64,000 nt of DNA from contig NC_135809.1 in the NCBI RefSeq assembly GCF_964213995.1, positions 47,120,001 to 47,184,000 of the forward strand, in the 5' to 3' direction. The notes beneath the pieces are model-generated. The model was not told where the DNA came from. It saw only the letters and a list, made by a program, of their open reading frames with translations, and searched no databases. A program made the position numbers and the translations under genes. Source of the stretch: Mustelus asterias. Taxonomy: Eukaryota. Below, one piece after another: positions 49,802 to 63,690 of this stretch. The number at the start of each line of letters is the position of its first letter. Position 1 is the stretch's first letter.

Positions 49802-49898
49802 CTGATCCAGAGGAAAGTATCTAATTGAAGCTTGAAATGAGAGAGACTGAAGACTTGAAAGTAAAAATGGAGGCGTTAAAACGCAGCAAATTCAATGG
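49802..49898 (+). other. Candidate host exon with possible start codon
   Basis: TTTTTCAG acceptor, upstream in-frame TAA, ATG 49837 giving MRETEDLKVKMEALKRSKFNG, donor GG|GTAAAT; lies in non-repeat sequence. Confidence 0.25.
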
Positions 49899-50544
49899 GT
49901 AAATCATGCAATGGTGATTACATATGCGATGTTATGCTTTTGTTTGTGCCTTATTCTTGGCATTGAAATTTCAGTTATCTGGTTTGTTGTGTAAATGGTC
50001 AATTTGACTCCTATGTTTTAGGAATAAAACTTTTAGATTGGGTACTAAAGTGTTAAATGCAAGATAAGTGGGGGGGGGGGGGGGGGGGGAGGGGCTGGGG
50101 CAACTGAGCCTGAGAGGTTGGTAAACTCAGGCCCAAGATTACCATTCCAAGGATGTCCTGTGTGTACTTAAAAGATTAGCAATAACAGAGTGAGAGCCAT
50201 AAAATAGATGGATTTGTTTGGCTGACAACCTGAGAACAGTGCATATGGTAAGATTGCAGTGTTCCCCAATCGAGGTATTAGTTATGTAATGTCTCATTTC
50301 AAAAGGGGGTCTAGCAGCGAGTAAACAAAGTAAGGTCTTAAATCCACATTTTATCAGGTCAAAGGTCTAGTCTGGAAATTGAAATTAATTGGTTGAAATC
50401 TTGATCTGCATCATGCTAGGTATGCCACCGTGCTGTGGGGAGATTGCAGAGAAGCAGTCCTATTTTGGATTTATCTGCATGTGTTTTACTATTTTTCTGA
50501 CAAGAAAAGCCATTTCCTTTGAGCTAAAGTAACTTTTATGTGGG

Positions 50545-53520
50545 ACCTTAACAAAAGCTTTCTGAAAGTCTAAATACACCACATCGATTGGTTCTCTTTA
50601 TGCTACAATTAACACCCTCTGGAAACTTGTGACAGATTTGTCAAGCATGATTTCTCTTTCATAAATCCATGTAGACTCTGCACAAAGTGTCTAGTTATCA
50701 CATCCTTTGTGATAGATTCATGACATTTTCCCAACTATCTACGCTAAACTTGGCGTCTGTGGTTTTCCATTTTCTCTCTCCCTCCTTTCTGAAATAGTGG
50801 GGTTATATTTACTACTGTTTTCCAGAGTGCAGGAACCTTTTCAGAATGTACAGAATTTTGCAAAGTAACTACCAATCCACTATCTTTATAACCACCTCCT
50901 TCAATACCCTGCGATGTAGGTCATGAAATCCAGGGAATTTATTAACCTCCAGTCCAATTGATTTTTTTTCAGTTCCTCATCTTCAAAGGTTACTTGATCC
51001 CTTGGTATTTCTGATAGATTTTCTGTAGCTTCCTCTAAGGACAGAAACAAAAGTAATTCTTTAGTTTTTCCTCCATTATAAATTCTCCTGTCTTTGCAAG
51101 TAATGGACTCACTCACATTTGTCTTTGCTAATCTTTTCCTATTCACAAAGGAAATAAGCTTTATAGTCCACCTTTATAGTTTTCGCTGGCATGTATTCAT
51201 ATCCTCTTTACTCTTTCTTTATCAGTTTCTTGGTCCTCCTTTGGTGAGTTTTAAGTTGCTCCCCAATCCTTGGATTTATCATTTTTTTTCTGGCAACTTT
51301 AAAAACCGGTTCCTTTGATCTAAAATCATCTTTGACCTATTGTTGACCACAGTTGATTTACCTACTTACTCTGGGTTTTTGGAACTGAGGAAATACATTT
51401 GCTGCAGACCATATAATACTTTAAATACTGGCCGTTGCCTGTTTACTGTCAAAGTTCTTGGCGTATATTCCCAATCTACCATAGCCAACTCATCCCTCAT
51501 AAGTTCATGTTTTTTGTTGATCAGAATGAACTATGACTTTCAAACTTCTATCATTGTCACTATTTGCTAAAGCCTCCTTCACAGCAAGGCTATTAATTAG
51601 CCCTCTCTCATTGCATAATACTAAACCTAAAATAGCCCAATCCCCCCTAGTTGGTTCCTCGATGTACTCCAGAAACCTATCTCGTATGTACTCCAGGAAT
51701 TCATCCTTCAAAGCATTAGTGCTTATTAGGTTTACCCAATCTATATGGAAATTCAAGTCGCTCATTATTCAAATATAACCCATGTTACATGTGGCTCGAA
51801 TTTCCTGATGCAGATTGGTGTTCTATAAATAACTGCCACCAGTGTTTGCTGCTATTTACTGCACCAAGTTAATTCTACATTTTGAGCTTTCGATCAAAGA
51901 TCCTCTCAGTAATGTACTATACTTAATATCAGTGCTACTGTGCTTCCCTTTCCTGATTGGAATTCCTTCCTAAATGCTGAATATTCAGTTCCCAGTAAGT
52001 TCAGTTCCCCTGGTCACCCTGTAACCACACCCATAATGGCAATTCAGTCATAGTAAGAAATCTCAACACCAGGTTAAAGTCCAACAGGTTTATTTGGTAG
52101 CACAAGCCACAAGCTTTCAGAGCGCTGCTCCTTCATCAGATGAGTGGGAGTCGTGTTCACAAAGAGGGCATATAAAGGTACACACTCAATTTACAAGATA
52201 ATAGTTGGAATTCAATCATACTCATTTGCCTCTATTTGTGCCTTCAACGCACCTACTGTTGCGAATGCTACTTGCATTCAAGTAAAGTGCCCATAACTCT
52301 GCCTTTTTAATATTCTGTCTTCTAATTCTATTGGATGCTAGTCTTCGCTTCGTCTGTCTTCTAATTTCACTTAATTAATTTTCTGCTTGTTACCAGTTTT
52401 GCTTCCCTCCAACTGATCTCCCTCTGAGGCTCTCGTTCCCCTGCCAATCTAATTTAAATGTTCCCCAACAGCACTAGCAAATTTCCCTGTGATTGTTAGT
52501 CGTAGTTCTGCTCAAATGCAAGCCACCCATCTTGTATAGGTCCCACCTGCTCCAGAATCATTCCCAATGCCTCAAATCTCATGCCCTTCTAATTCTCTAG
52601 CCACATGCTCAATCCTCCTCTGCTCACAAGCATGTGACACTGGAATAATCCTGAGATTACTGCTTTTGAGGTTCTGCTTTTAAATGTCTTTGCTAACTCT
52701 CTGCTTTGAGGATTTCATCCTCCTTTCTTCCTGTTGGTACCAGTGTGGACCATGGCCTCTGGCTGTTCACCCCCCCCCCCCCCCCCCCCCCCCCCGAATA
52801 ATGTTTTTCAGCCACTCTCAGACATCCTAGAACCATGAAGGCAACATATCATTCTGGAGTTGCGCCCAAGAACACACACATGCCTTTTTGTTCCCCAGTT
52901 TAACAAATTTGTACTGCAATTGCTTTTCCAAACTCCTTTCTACCCTCCTGTGAGCTAAGCCATCCATGGTGTCATGCACCTGGGTGTTGTTGCATTCCCC
53001 TGAGGAACCATCGCCCTTACCAATATCTAAAATGCAAATATGGTTAGAGAGTGAGATAAACTCAGGAACTCCTTCATTATTTACTTGGTTCGCTTAGGCT
53101 GACTGGTCACCCATTCTCCCTCTGCTTGCATGTTCCTTACCTGCAGTGTGACCACATTCCTAAATTTGTCACCCCTCTAGTTCTCTGCCTTGCGGATGCC
53201 CACAGTGACTCCAGTCATCGCTGGAGTTCCTAAACCCAGAGCTCAAGCTTCTGCTGCTGGTCTGCAGACATTTTTGTCTCAGACATATGGTGTATCCATG
53301 TCTTCCCACACACCACAGGATGCACATTCCACTCAACTGCACTGCGTTGCCAAACCTTAACTTTCCTATGAATAGACAAACTTACTAGTTGCTCACCAAT
53401 CAGCTTCCTCTACTGCGTTCAAGTAAGAACCAAATATTAGAGGCTGAGAAAGATAGAGAAGGATAGGAGCACCTCTGCCCCTCCTAAACTGAACTCTCAC
53501 TTACCAAACACTCAGCTGTG
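50545..53520 (-). mobile_element. Old CR1 LINE (ORF1, endonuclease and RT remnants) containing a Penelope fragment at 52052-52212
   Basis: DLNFHIDW..FLEYIRD.FLEYIEEPTR..AILGLVLCNE..L..SD endonuclease C-terminal motif; CR1 ORF1-like upstream sequence. Confidence 0.75.
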
Positions 53521-54371
53521 CATTCTCCTCTTGTTTACTATTTGACTGAGAATGAAAAGAGACTTGCAGCCAGCATAAAAGGGAATCTCAACTGTTCTGT
53601 ACACAAAAAATAAAGAGGAGTGGAGCTAATTAGGGACAAAGAGGATTGATCCATGGAGGTAGAGGGCTTATCTAGGTACAAATTAATTCTTTGCAGCTGT
53701 CATTAAGTGTCATTTACATCTGTGAGGGATATTGCAATTTTGGAAGTGAAATAGTGATAATCTAAGTAAAGTTGCTTCCTTTCAATTTCAAATATTGTTC
53801 AACTGTTTATACTTAACCTGTGTCATTTGTTATATTTAAACTTTTAAATAAAGTTTGTTTTATTATGAAAAATCCCTAATTTGAGAGTGGAATCATTCCT
53901 GGAAGAAAGTATCCTTTCCTCACATTTAGAAAAATTGTTGGGGTAGAGTCTTGGAAGTTTCAGATGAGGCCTTTGTTACAAACTATGGGGCACTGGGACC
54001 AGTCTGTACTAATTAGTGATTCACCAGAGAGCGCTGATTCAAGAATTGTGCAGACACTTAAGTTCAGTTACAAGAAATTAGTATATAACCAATCAAAAGA
54101 TGCTCATTTGCACTGGAATATATCTATTTCCACTCACTATTATTGACTAGGCTCTCATTATGCCTAAAATATGAAAACAATTGACCATTTACAACATGTG
54201 CATGTCGACTGGCGGCACAGTGGTTAGCACTGCTGCCTCACAGTACCAGGTACCTGAGTTTGATTCCGGCTTGGGTCACTGTCTGTGCAGAGTCTGCACG
54301 TTCTCCTGTGTCTGTGTGGGTTTCCTCTGGGTGCTCCGGTTTCCTCCCACAGTCCGAAAGAATTGCTGGTT

Positions 54372-55140
54372 TTGATTTGATTTATTATTGTCACATGTAT
54401 AACATGCAGTGAAAATTATTGTTTCCTGCGTGCTATACAGACAGAACATACCGTTCATAGAGAAGGAAACGAGAGAGTGCAGAATGTAGTGTTACAGTCA
54501 AAGCTAGGATGTAGAGAAAGATCAACTTAATGCAAGGTATGTCCATTCAAAATTCTGATAGCAGCAGGGAAGAAGCTGTTCTTGAGTCGGTTGGTACGTG
54601 ACCTCCGACTTTTGTATCTTTTTTCCGATGGAAGAAGGCGGAAGAGAGAAGGTCTGCAGTGTGTGGGGTCCTTAATTATGCTGGCTGCTTTGCTGAGGCA
54701 GCAGGAAGTGTAGACAGAGTCAATGGATGGGAGTATGGTTTGCATAATGGATTGGGCTGCATTCATGACCTTTTGTAATTCCTTGCGGCCTTGGGCAGAG
54801 CAGGAGCCATACCAAGCTGTGATACAACCAGAAAGAATGCTTTCTATGGTGCATCTGTAGAAGTTGGTGAGAGTCGTAGCTGACATGCCAAATTTCCTTA
54901 GTCTTCTGAGAAGCGTTGGTGGGCTTTCTGAACTGTAGTGTCAGCATGGGGGCACCAGGACAAGTTGTTGGTGATCTGGACACCTAAAAACCTGAAGCTC
55001 CCGACCCTTTCTACTTCGTCCCCATTGATGGAGACAGGCATGTTCTCCTTTACGCTTCCTGAAGTCGATAACAATCTCTTTCATTTTGTCGAGAGGGAGA
55101 GATTATTGTTGCCGCACCAGTTCACCAGATTCTCTATCTC
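54372..55140 (-). mobile_element. Rex1/Babar LINE 3' end
   Basis: ORF 54527-54886 TLTNFYRCTIESILSGCITAWYG...RLKNSFFP. Confidence 0.88.
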
Positions 55141-55225
55141 ATTAGGTACATTGAGCATGCTAAATTCTCCGTGTATCTGAATAGGTACTGGAGTGTGGCG
55201 ACTCGGGGATTTTCACAGTAAATTC

Positions 55226-55413
55226 AAAGAAACAAAGAACAGTACAGCACCGGAAACAGGCCCTTCGGCCCTCCAAGCCTGTGCCGCTCCTTGGTCCAAC
55301 TAGACCAATCGTTTGTATCCCTCCATTCCCAGGCTGCTCGTGGGACTATCCAGGTAAGTCTTAAACAATGTCAGCGTGTCTGCCTCCACCATCCTACTTG
55401 GCAGCGCATTCCA

Positions 55414-55450
<37 letters not shown>

Positions 55451-57385
55451 CCCCCTGTAAAAAAACATCCCTCTAATATCTGAGTTATACTTCGCCCCTC
55501 TCACCTTGAGCCCGTGACCCCTCGTGATCGTCACTTCTGATCTGGGAAAAAGCTTCCCACCGTTCACCCTATCTATCCCCTTCATAATCTTGTACACCTC
55601 TATTAGATTTCCCCTCATTCTCCGTCTTTCCAAGGAGAACAACCCCAGTTTACCCAATCTCTCCTCATAGCTAAGACCCTCCATACCAGGCAACATCCTG
55701 GTAAACCTTCTCTGCACTCTCTCTAACGCCTCCACGTCCTTCTGGTAGTGCGGCGACCAGAACTGGATGCAGTACTCCAAATGTGGCCTAACCAGCGTTC
55801 TATACAGCTGCATCATCAGACTCCAGCTTTTATACTCTATACCCCGTCCTATAAAGGCAAGCATACCATATGCCTTCACCACCTTCTCCACCTGTGTTGC
55901 CACCTTCAAGGATTTGTGGACTTGCACATCTAGGTCCCTCTGTTTCTATACTCTTGATTGCTCTGCCATTTATTGTATAACTCCTCCCTACATTTCTTTC
56001 GAAATGCATCACTTCGCATTTATCCGGATTAAATTCCATCTGCCACCTCTCCACCCAATTTTCCAGCCTGTCTATATCTTGCTGTATTGCCCGACAATGC
56101 TCATTGCTATCCGCAAGTCCAGCCATCTTTGTGTCATCCGCAAACTTGCTGATAATACCAGTTACACCTTCTTCCAAATCATTTATATATATATATAATA
56201 GCAGAGGTCCCAGTACAGAGCCCTGCGGAACACTGCTGGTCACAGACCTCCAGCCGGAAAAAGACCCTTCAACCGCTACCCTCTGTCTCCTGTGGCCAAG
56301 CCAGTTCTCCACCCATCTAGCCACTTCTCCTTGTATCCCACGAGCCTTAACCTTTTTAACCAACCTGCCATGTGGGACTTTGTCAAATGCCTTACTGAAA
56401 TCCATATAGACGACATCCATGGCCCTTCCTTCGTCAACTGTTTTTGTCACTTCCTCAAAAAACGACTCCAAATTTGTAAGGCACGACCTCCCTCTTACAA
56501 AACCATGCTGTCTGTCACTAATGAGATTGTTCCGTTCTAAATGCACATACATCCTGTCTCTAAGCATCCTCTCCAACAACTTCCCTACCACGGATGTCAA
56601 GCTCACCGGCCTATAATTTCCTGGGTCATCCCTGCTACCCTTCTTAAACAACGGGACCACATTCGCTATCCTCCAATCCTCAGGGACCTCACCTGTGTCC
56701 AAAGAAGCGACAAAGATTTCTGTCAGAGGCCCAGCAATTGCATCTCTTGTCTCCCTGAGCAGTCTAGGATAGATGCCATCAGCCCTGGGGCTTTGTCAGT
56801 TTTAATGTTCCCTAAAAAACCTAACACTTCCTCCCTTGTAATGGAGATTTTCTCTAACGGGTCAACATCTCCCTCCGAGACACTCCTGGTTAACACATCC
56901 CTCTCCTTCGTGAATACCGATGCAAAGTATTCATTTAGGATCTCCCCTATTCCCTTGGGTTCTAAGCATAATTCCCCTCCTTTGTCCCTGAGAGGTCCGA
57001 TTTTCTCCCTGACAACTCTTTTGTTCCTAACGTATGAATAGAATGCCTTAGGATTCTCCTTAATCCTGCCTGCCAAGAACATTTCGTGACCTCTTTTTGC
57101 CCTTCTAACTCCCCGTTTGAGTTCTTTCTTACTCTCTCTATATTCTTCCAGAGCTCCATCTGTTTTCAGTTGCCTGGACTTAACGTACGCCTCCCTTTTC
57201 ATTTTAATTAGATCATCAATTTCCCCGGTTATCCACGGCTCTCGAATCCTACCTTTCCTATCTTTCCTTTTTACAGGCACATGCCTATCCTGCAGCCTTA
57301 TCAATTGTTCCTTAAAAGACTCCCACATGCCAGACGTGGACTTTACACTCTAACATCCTCTCCCAAACAACGTCCACCAATTCCT
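55226..57385 (-). mobile_element. Young CR1 LINE, same subfamily as 4317-5645
   Basis: ORFs 56723-57328, 55830-56702 and 55394-55927; the latter two are nearly identical in protein to ORF 4332-5561; frameshifts present. Confidence 0.95.
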
Positions 57386-58014
57386 TGCGATGTTAATGTA
57401 ACCCTACTTGTGCCAAATAAATTTTAAACTTTCAAAAGAACTTTTGTTATCTATTTTGATTTACTGCCGGCTACAATTGGTTTTTAACAGAACCTGTGTC
57501 TGGCCTGTGGACATCAATTATACTCCCTTGTCTAGTTTTTCCAGTGCTTAATGAATTCTATATTATTGTCTCACAAAGTTAGTTATCTCTAGACAAGAAC
57601 AATCTCTCATTGTTTTTAAAGACCTTGAAATCTAACACTTGCGAAGTCCTGCCTGGGCACTAACCCCTGGCTGATTGTGCCCTTGGGATGTCTCCCTCCA
57701 GCTAGCAGCTTTCCTTTCTTAGACTGAACAAGATTTTCAAACCCTTTTAGTAAGTAGCAGAGATGATAAACGTACTAGAGTTTTAAACTATTTTTTTTCG
57801 ATATAATGCCCAACACTTGCTTTCCCCCACCCCCTTTTCAGGCTCCAGTCTGGCTTCCTAATGTAATTAGGAGTCTGCCCCAAGCACCCCTATCAAAAAT
57901 TGGGAACTCTTGCTGGTTATATTAAATGTATAATTCCTAATTTGGCTTGGTAGCTTTGGATTTAAGGGCAGTGATTGTGAGGGACTGCTCTTTTCTTTCA
58001 GATATCATTTAGTA

Positions 58015-58287
58015 ATTACTCATCACAAGTAAGCTCACATTAACACTGAAAATCTCCTAGTCGCTGCACTCTGGCGCCTGTTTGGGTATACTGAGGGAGA
58101 ATTTAGCATGGCCAATGCACCTAACCAGCACATGTTTCAGACTGGGAGGAAACCGGAGCATCCAGAGAACACCCATGCAGACATGGGGAGAACGTGCAGA
58201 CTCTGCACAGACAGTGCCCCAAGCTGGGAATCGAACCCAGGTCCCTAGTGCTGTGAGGCAGCAGTGCTAACCACTGCCACCGTGCTG
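58015..58287 (-). mobile_element. V-SINE (alternative tail)
   Basis: Reverse tRNA head and V-domain. Confidence 0.8.
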
Positions 58288-58299
58288 TTAGTTTAAATA

Positions 58300-58636
58300 G
58301 AAATAGAATCCCTACAGTACAGAAAGAGGCCATTCGGTCCATCGGGTCTGCACCGACCACAATCCCACCCAGGCGCTACCCCCATATCCCTACATATTTT
58401 ACCCACTAATCCCTCTAACCTTCGCATCTCAGGACACTAAGGGGCAATTTTAACATGGCCAATCAACCTAACCTGCACATCTTTGGACTGTGGGAGGAAA
58501 CCGGAGCACCCGGAGGAAACCCACGCAGACACGAGGAGAATGTGCAAACTCCACACAGTGACCCAAGCTGGGAATCTAACCCAGGTCCCTGGAGCTGTGA
58601 AGCAGCAGTGCTAACCACTGTGCTACCGTGCCGCCC
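58300..58636 (-). mobile_element. Full-length HE1-like V-SINE
   Basis: GGGCGGCACGGTAGCACAGTGGTTAGC head, V-domain, CR1-type tail. Inserted between an LTR/PBS remnant (~57840-57915) and a Gmr1 gag start (~58660). Confidence 0.88.
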
Positions 58637-59085
58637 TAAAATAGGGAGTGCCTTGTGAAAAATGGCTCTTTCAATAGCCAAAGATTTTCTGGGTGTGGTC
58701 CCTCAGAATGGTTTACAAGAGGTGGTTAAAACAAAGCTTTTGGAGTTGGTGAACAGGCTGCAGTTGACTGATGGCTGCCATTATGACTGAAGTTGTGGGT
58801 GATGGTCTCAGATCCCTGGCATAGTTTATTGGTGCTCAAATTGAACTAAGTGATGTCTAAAGAGACTGGATCTAGTGGAGAAGAGAATCCTGTCAGTTAA
58901 GAGGGCAGTTTCCCCTAGTGTTTTTGAGGATTTAAAAAGCAGGGGAGATAAAGGGGAACAAGTAGATGTGGTTATAATGGGGAATTTTCGATGGTGGCCT
59001 AATCTCTTAGAAAAACTAAGTATTCTTCTGAAAATTAAATCTCGCAAAAGCAAATTCTCAGCTTAAAGCATACTAAAATGTATTT

Positions 59086-60798
59086 AGAAACATAGAAAAC
59101 TACAGCACAAAACAGGCCCTTCGGCCCCACAAGTTGTGCCGAACATATCCCTACCTTTTAGGCCTACCTATAACCCTCCATCCTATTAAGTCCCATGTAC
59201 TCATCTCGGAGTCTCTTAAAAGACCCCATTGAGTTTGCCTCCACCACCACTGACGGCAGCCGATTCCACTCGTCCACCACCCTCTGTGTGAAAAACTTCC
59301 CCCTAACATTTCCCCTGTACCTACCCCCCAGCACCTTAAACCTGTGTCCTCTCGTGGCAGCCATTTCCCCCCTCGGAAAAAGCCTCTGAGAATCCACCCA
59401 ATTTATGCCTCTCAACATCTTATATACCTCTATTAGGTCTCCTCTCATCCTACGTCTCTCCAAGGAGAAAAGACCGAGCTCCCTCAGCCTATCCTCATAA
59501 GGCATGCCACTCAATCCAGGCAACATCCTTGTAAATCGCCTCTGCACCCTTTCAATCTTTTCCACATCCTTCCTGTAATGAGGCGACCAGAACTGAGCAC
59601 AGTACTCCAAGTGGGGTCTGACAAGGGTCTTATATAGCTGCATCATTATCCCCGGACTCCTAAACTCAATCCCTCGATTGATAAAGGCCAGCACACCATA
59701 CACCTTCTTAACCACCTCCTCCACCTGCGGGGCTGATTTTAGAGTCCTATGGACCCGGACCCCAAGGTCCTTCTGATCCTCCACAGTACTAAGAGTCTTT
59801 CCCTTTATATTGTACTCCTTCATCCCATTTGACCTTCCAAAATGGACCACTACGCGTTTATCTGGGTTGAAGTCCATCTGCCACTTCTCCACCCAGTCTT
59901 GCATCCTATCTATGTCCCTCTGTAACTTCTGACATCCCTCCAGACTATCCACAACCCCACCAACCTTCATGTCGTTGGCAAACTTACCAACCCATCCCTC
60001 CACTTCCTCATCCAGGTCATTTATGAAAATGACAAACAGCAAGAGTCCCAGAACAGATCCCTGGGGCACACCACTGGTGACCGACCTCCATTGAGAAAAA
60101 GACCCATCTATACACACACTCTGCCTCATTTGGGCAAGCCAGTTCTGGATCCACAGGACAGCAGCCCCTTGGATCCCATGCCCTCTCACTTTTTCTAGAA
60201 GCCTTGCATAGGGGACCTTATCGAACGCCTTGCTAAAATCCATATAAACCACATCTACCGCTTTCCCTTTGTCAATGTGTTTAGTCACATTTTTGAAGAA
60301 CTCCACCAGGCTCGTGAGGCACGATCTGCCTTTGACAAAGCCATGCTGAGTATTCTTGAGCATACTAAACCTCTCTAAATGCTCATAAATCTTGTCCCTC
60401 AGGATCTTCTCCATCAGCTTACCAACCACTGAGGTTAGACTCACCGGTCGGTAATTTCCTGGGCTATCCCTATTCCCCTTCTTGAAAATAGGAACCACAT
60501 CTGCAATCCTCCAATCCTCCGGCACCTCTCCTGTCTCCATCGATGACGCAAAGATCATCGCCAGAGGCTCTGCAATGTCTTCCCACGTCTCCCACAGTAA
60601 CCTGGGGTACATCCCATCCGGATCCGGCGACTTATCTATCTTGATACCCTTCAAAGATTCCAGCCCAACCTCTTTGTTAAAGTCCACATACTCAATCTTT
60701 TCAGTCCACCGCAAGCCCACAGTACATCCACCCATGTCCTTCTGTGAAAACCGAGGCAAAGTACTCATTAAGCACCTCTGCCATTTCTACTGGTTCCG
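59086..60798 (-). mobile_element. Young CR1 LINE with 534-aa open RT ORF (59164-60768)
   Basis: Full RT motif set, but the catalytic FADD reads FAND; (TTTCTATG)-type tail. Confidence 0.95.
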
Positions 60799-61874
60799 TA
60801 TATACATATAGAACATACAAAAGACAAAAAACATTAAATGACGGCCGAAGGGAGGCCTTCAGATTGCCAAGCAGTACAGAGTGCCACAAAGTTTTTCCGA
60901 AGATCTCAAATTTTGTGCCAAAATTCAATACAATTATACGTTTTTCTTATCCAAGTTTATCCTACTAATTAGCTTCATACAATTCCATTTTTTATTATTA
61001 ATGTGTCAATCCTTATATGACAGATTGCCTCAACCAATTGCGATACGCTACCTGATATAGTGACATTCTATTGGCCTATTCTAATTCCAGATCACCACCT
61101 ATCTGGCATAACCCATTTCCTAATCTTTGTGTTTCTAAGGAAGAAATTCCTTGTCTACCTTATCAGCAAATTGCCAAAGCATTGATAATACCAACCTTGG
61201 TCCCAAAGTTTGATATTTTATGCCTTGACAACATGGGCCTCATTGTTGTTAATATAATGTTTCATCAACTGTTCCCAATTTGAAACATTTGTATTTTCTC
61301 TGCTGACTAAGTTATGAACTTCTGAACTCCTGTCACTATTTTTTGCCATGTTTGCATTTTGACAGATGTACAAATTCATTTTTTAAATATTAAAATACAT
61401 TAAATTTCAATTTAAACATAAAATATTCCACACTCAATCATAATTTTATTTTAATTTCATCCACACATGATCAAACTGTTAACATCTTCGTGTGGCAAAT
61501 CACCTTAACTCTTTCATTTCTAACTGTTACTATTCTAGCTAGCTTAGAATCCCCTTCCAGAGTGGTGTATTTTAATTCATAAGCTGCCACATCAAAAATT
61601 ATTACACAAGATAAGAGCATACGGCAGTGCTTCCTAAACTCTGAATGTCTGCCATGGAGCTCAGACTGAGTTTTGGCAGCTGCAAATCTCCTTTAAATCC
61701 TTGCATCTTTTTTGATTGTTGGGCATGCCCTAATGTACAGATACTTAAGACCTTAATGCTGCTGCAGCAAAAACAAATCCTGTGGAAAAAGTCAGTTTAA
61801 AAAAAGTCAGTTTAAACAAACCCATCATCCTGAAATTCTCCCACTGTTTCAGTTTGGGAAGCATTGGCAAGTGG

Positions 61875-63690
61875 TTTTGGATGTGATGTATTAGCATGGA
61901 TAGACGATTTGGCTAACTGATAGGAAAAGGTTAGGAAAAGTGGGTCATTTTCAGGTCGGCAAACTAACTAGTGGGTGCTGCAGGGATTAGTACTGGGGCC
62001 TCGACTATTTATGATCTATTTTAATGACTTGGATGAAGGGGCCAAATTTGCTAATGATGTGAAGATAGGTAGGAAAGCAAGTTGTGAAATAGCTACCGAG
62101 AAATTTGTGCAGGAATATATATTGGGTGAGCCACGGGGAGAAATTTAGCAGATGAAGTATAATGTGCAAAGATATGAGGTTCTCTATTTTGGCAGCACAT
62201 TATTTAGGTGAAGAGAGACTGCAGTATGTATGCCACAGTACAGAGGGATATGGGTGTATTGTACATGAATCAGAAAAAGTCAGCATATAGCTACATTAAT
62301 TAAGAAGGTAACAGAATATTAACCTTATTACAAGGGGAATGGATTACAAAAGTAGGGACGTCTTGCGACAGTTGGACAAGGCAGCGATCACTGCAGATAC
62401 TGTGCTTTTAAGAAATGTACTTGTCATGTTTCTGGTGCAGGATTTCTTATAGCATTCCTTTCAATTTATTGGTGCCACTTTGTCTGTAGCTGGTAACACC
62501 TGTTACTGCAGTAGCATAATTGAGCTTAATTGCTGGAATGTTTGTTTTAATCTGGACTAATGCAGAGTTATGTTAGTGCTTTCCCCTGGGGTTTTTCAGA
62601 GTAGGGTTTGATCAGGGTTTTGACAGGGCAGGGTTAGGCTCACAGAGGATCTCCGTTCAGTTGCTGCTTGGGAGCTGTAGAGAAGTAGCTCCTCTCTGAA
62701 GATTGGAGACTGGGATCTGCCAGACAATAGGTCTCTTTCTGAAGTTCTGCGGTTTGGAAGTTTCTCCGGAGACTGCTGAATGAGAGTCAGAAGACAGATG
62801 TCTGTCTGGATCTCTGTCCAGAGGTGGTAAAAGGCTGACAATCTAGAATCCATGTGAGCTGATTTTTGTTTTTTGAGCTAACTTACTCTGAAGAGGGATT
62901 TATGTCTGAGGATATTGCTTACATTGCAACTATAGCGATAGTTATTAAGAATGATACCCTGTTGTGTTTAAGTATTTTCAATTGGTAAGTTATGCTAATT
63001 TTTGTTTACTCTTAAATGAAGTTTGTTTTAATAAAAGCTTCCTGGTGGATTAATAGAATCATACCTGGATTGAAACACCTCATCCTCGCACTAATGCAAA
63101 AATCAAATGAAGTTGGGGTCTAGGCTAACTTCATTACACCGTGGAGTTTCTGAGCAGGTCTCTGACACCTCACCTAGTGCAGTGTGCAGTTTTAGTCATT
63201 TGGTATATTCAAGATATACTTGAATTGGAGGCAGTTCAGAGAAGATTCAGCAGGCTGATTCCTGGGATGAAGGGGTGTCTTTGAGGAAAGGTTGAACAAA
63301 TTGGGCCTATAATCAAAATTTGATTTTAGAATGAGATATGATCTCATTGAATCATAAGATGCTGAGGGGGGTTTGACGGTAGATGCTGAGAGGATGCTTC
63401 CTCTTGTGGGTAATCTAGGACTCGAGGACAGTTTCAAATAAGGAGTCTCCCATTTAAGATTGAGGTGAGGAATTTCTTCTCTAAGGGTTTGTCAGTGTTT
63501 GGTATTCTCTCCCCCTATGCGCAGTTAAAGCTGGGCTAGCCAAGGCCGCGTTAGACGGAGTTAATTAGACAAGGAAGGCAAATTTTGGGGGGAACGGACA
63601 GAAAAATGGAATTAAGCCCACATCAGCTCAGCTATTATCTTATTGACTGGCAGAGTTAGCTCTAGTGGCCAAGTAGCCTTTTCCTCTTAT
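61875..63690 (+). mobile_element. Old CR1 fragment containing a Gypsy solo LTR (~62392-63167)
   Basis: QGLVLGP..FMIYFNDLDE..KFAND motifs; LTR GATACTGTGCTTTTAAG...TCTGACA. Confidence 0.7.

Larger units (their letters stand above)
54210..57430 (+). mobile_element. V-SINE split by Rex1 and CR1 insertions
   Basis: Head 54210-54370, middle 55142-55225 and tail 57385-57430 join into the 28872-type SINE. Confidence 0.7.

Noticed and set aside
59164-60768. 534-aa ORF as a functional or domesticated gene
   Set aside because: It is a 5'-truncated CR1 ORF2 with no endonuclease and FADD mutated to FAND; its openness reflects young age. The 409-aa ORF at 4332 is likewise a truncated young CR1.
58965-61290. 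Additional solo LTR split by the CR1 at 59086
   Set aside because: AT-rich LTR-like texture, but termini and TSD could not be defined.
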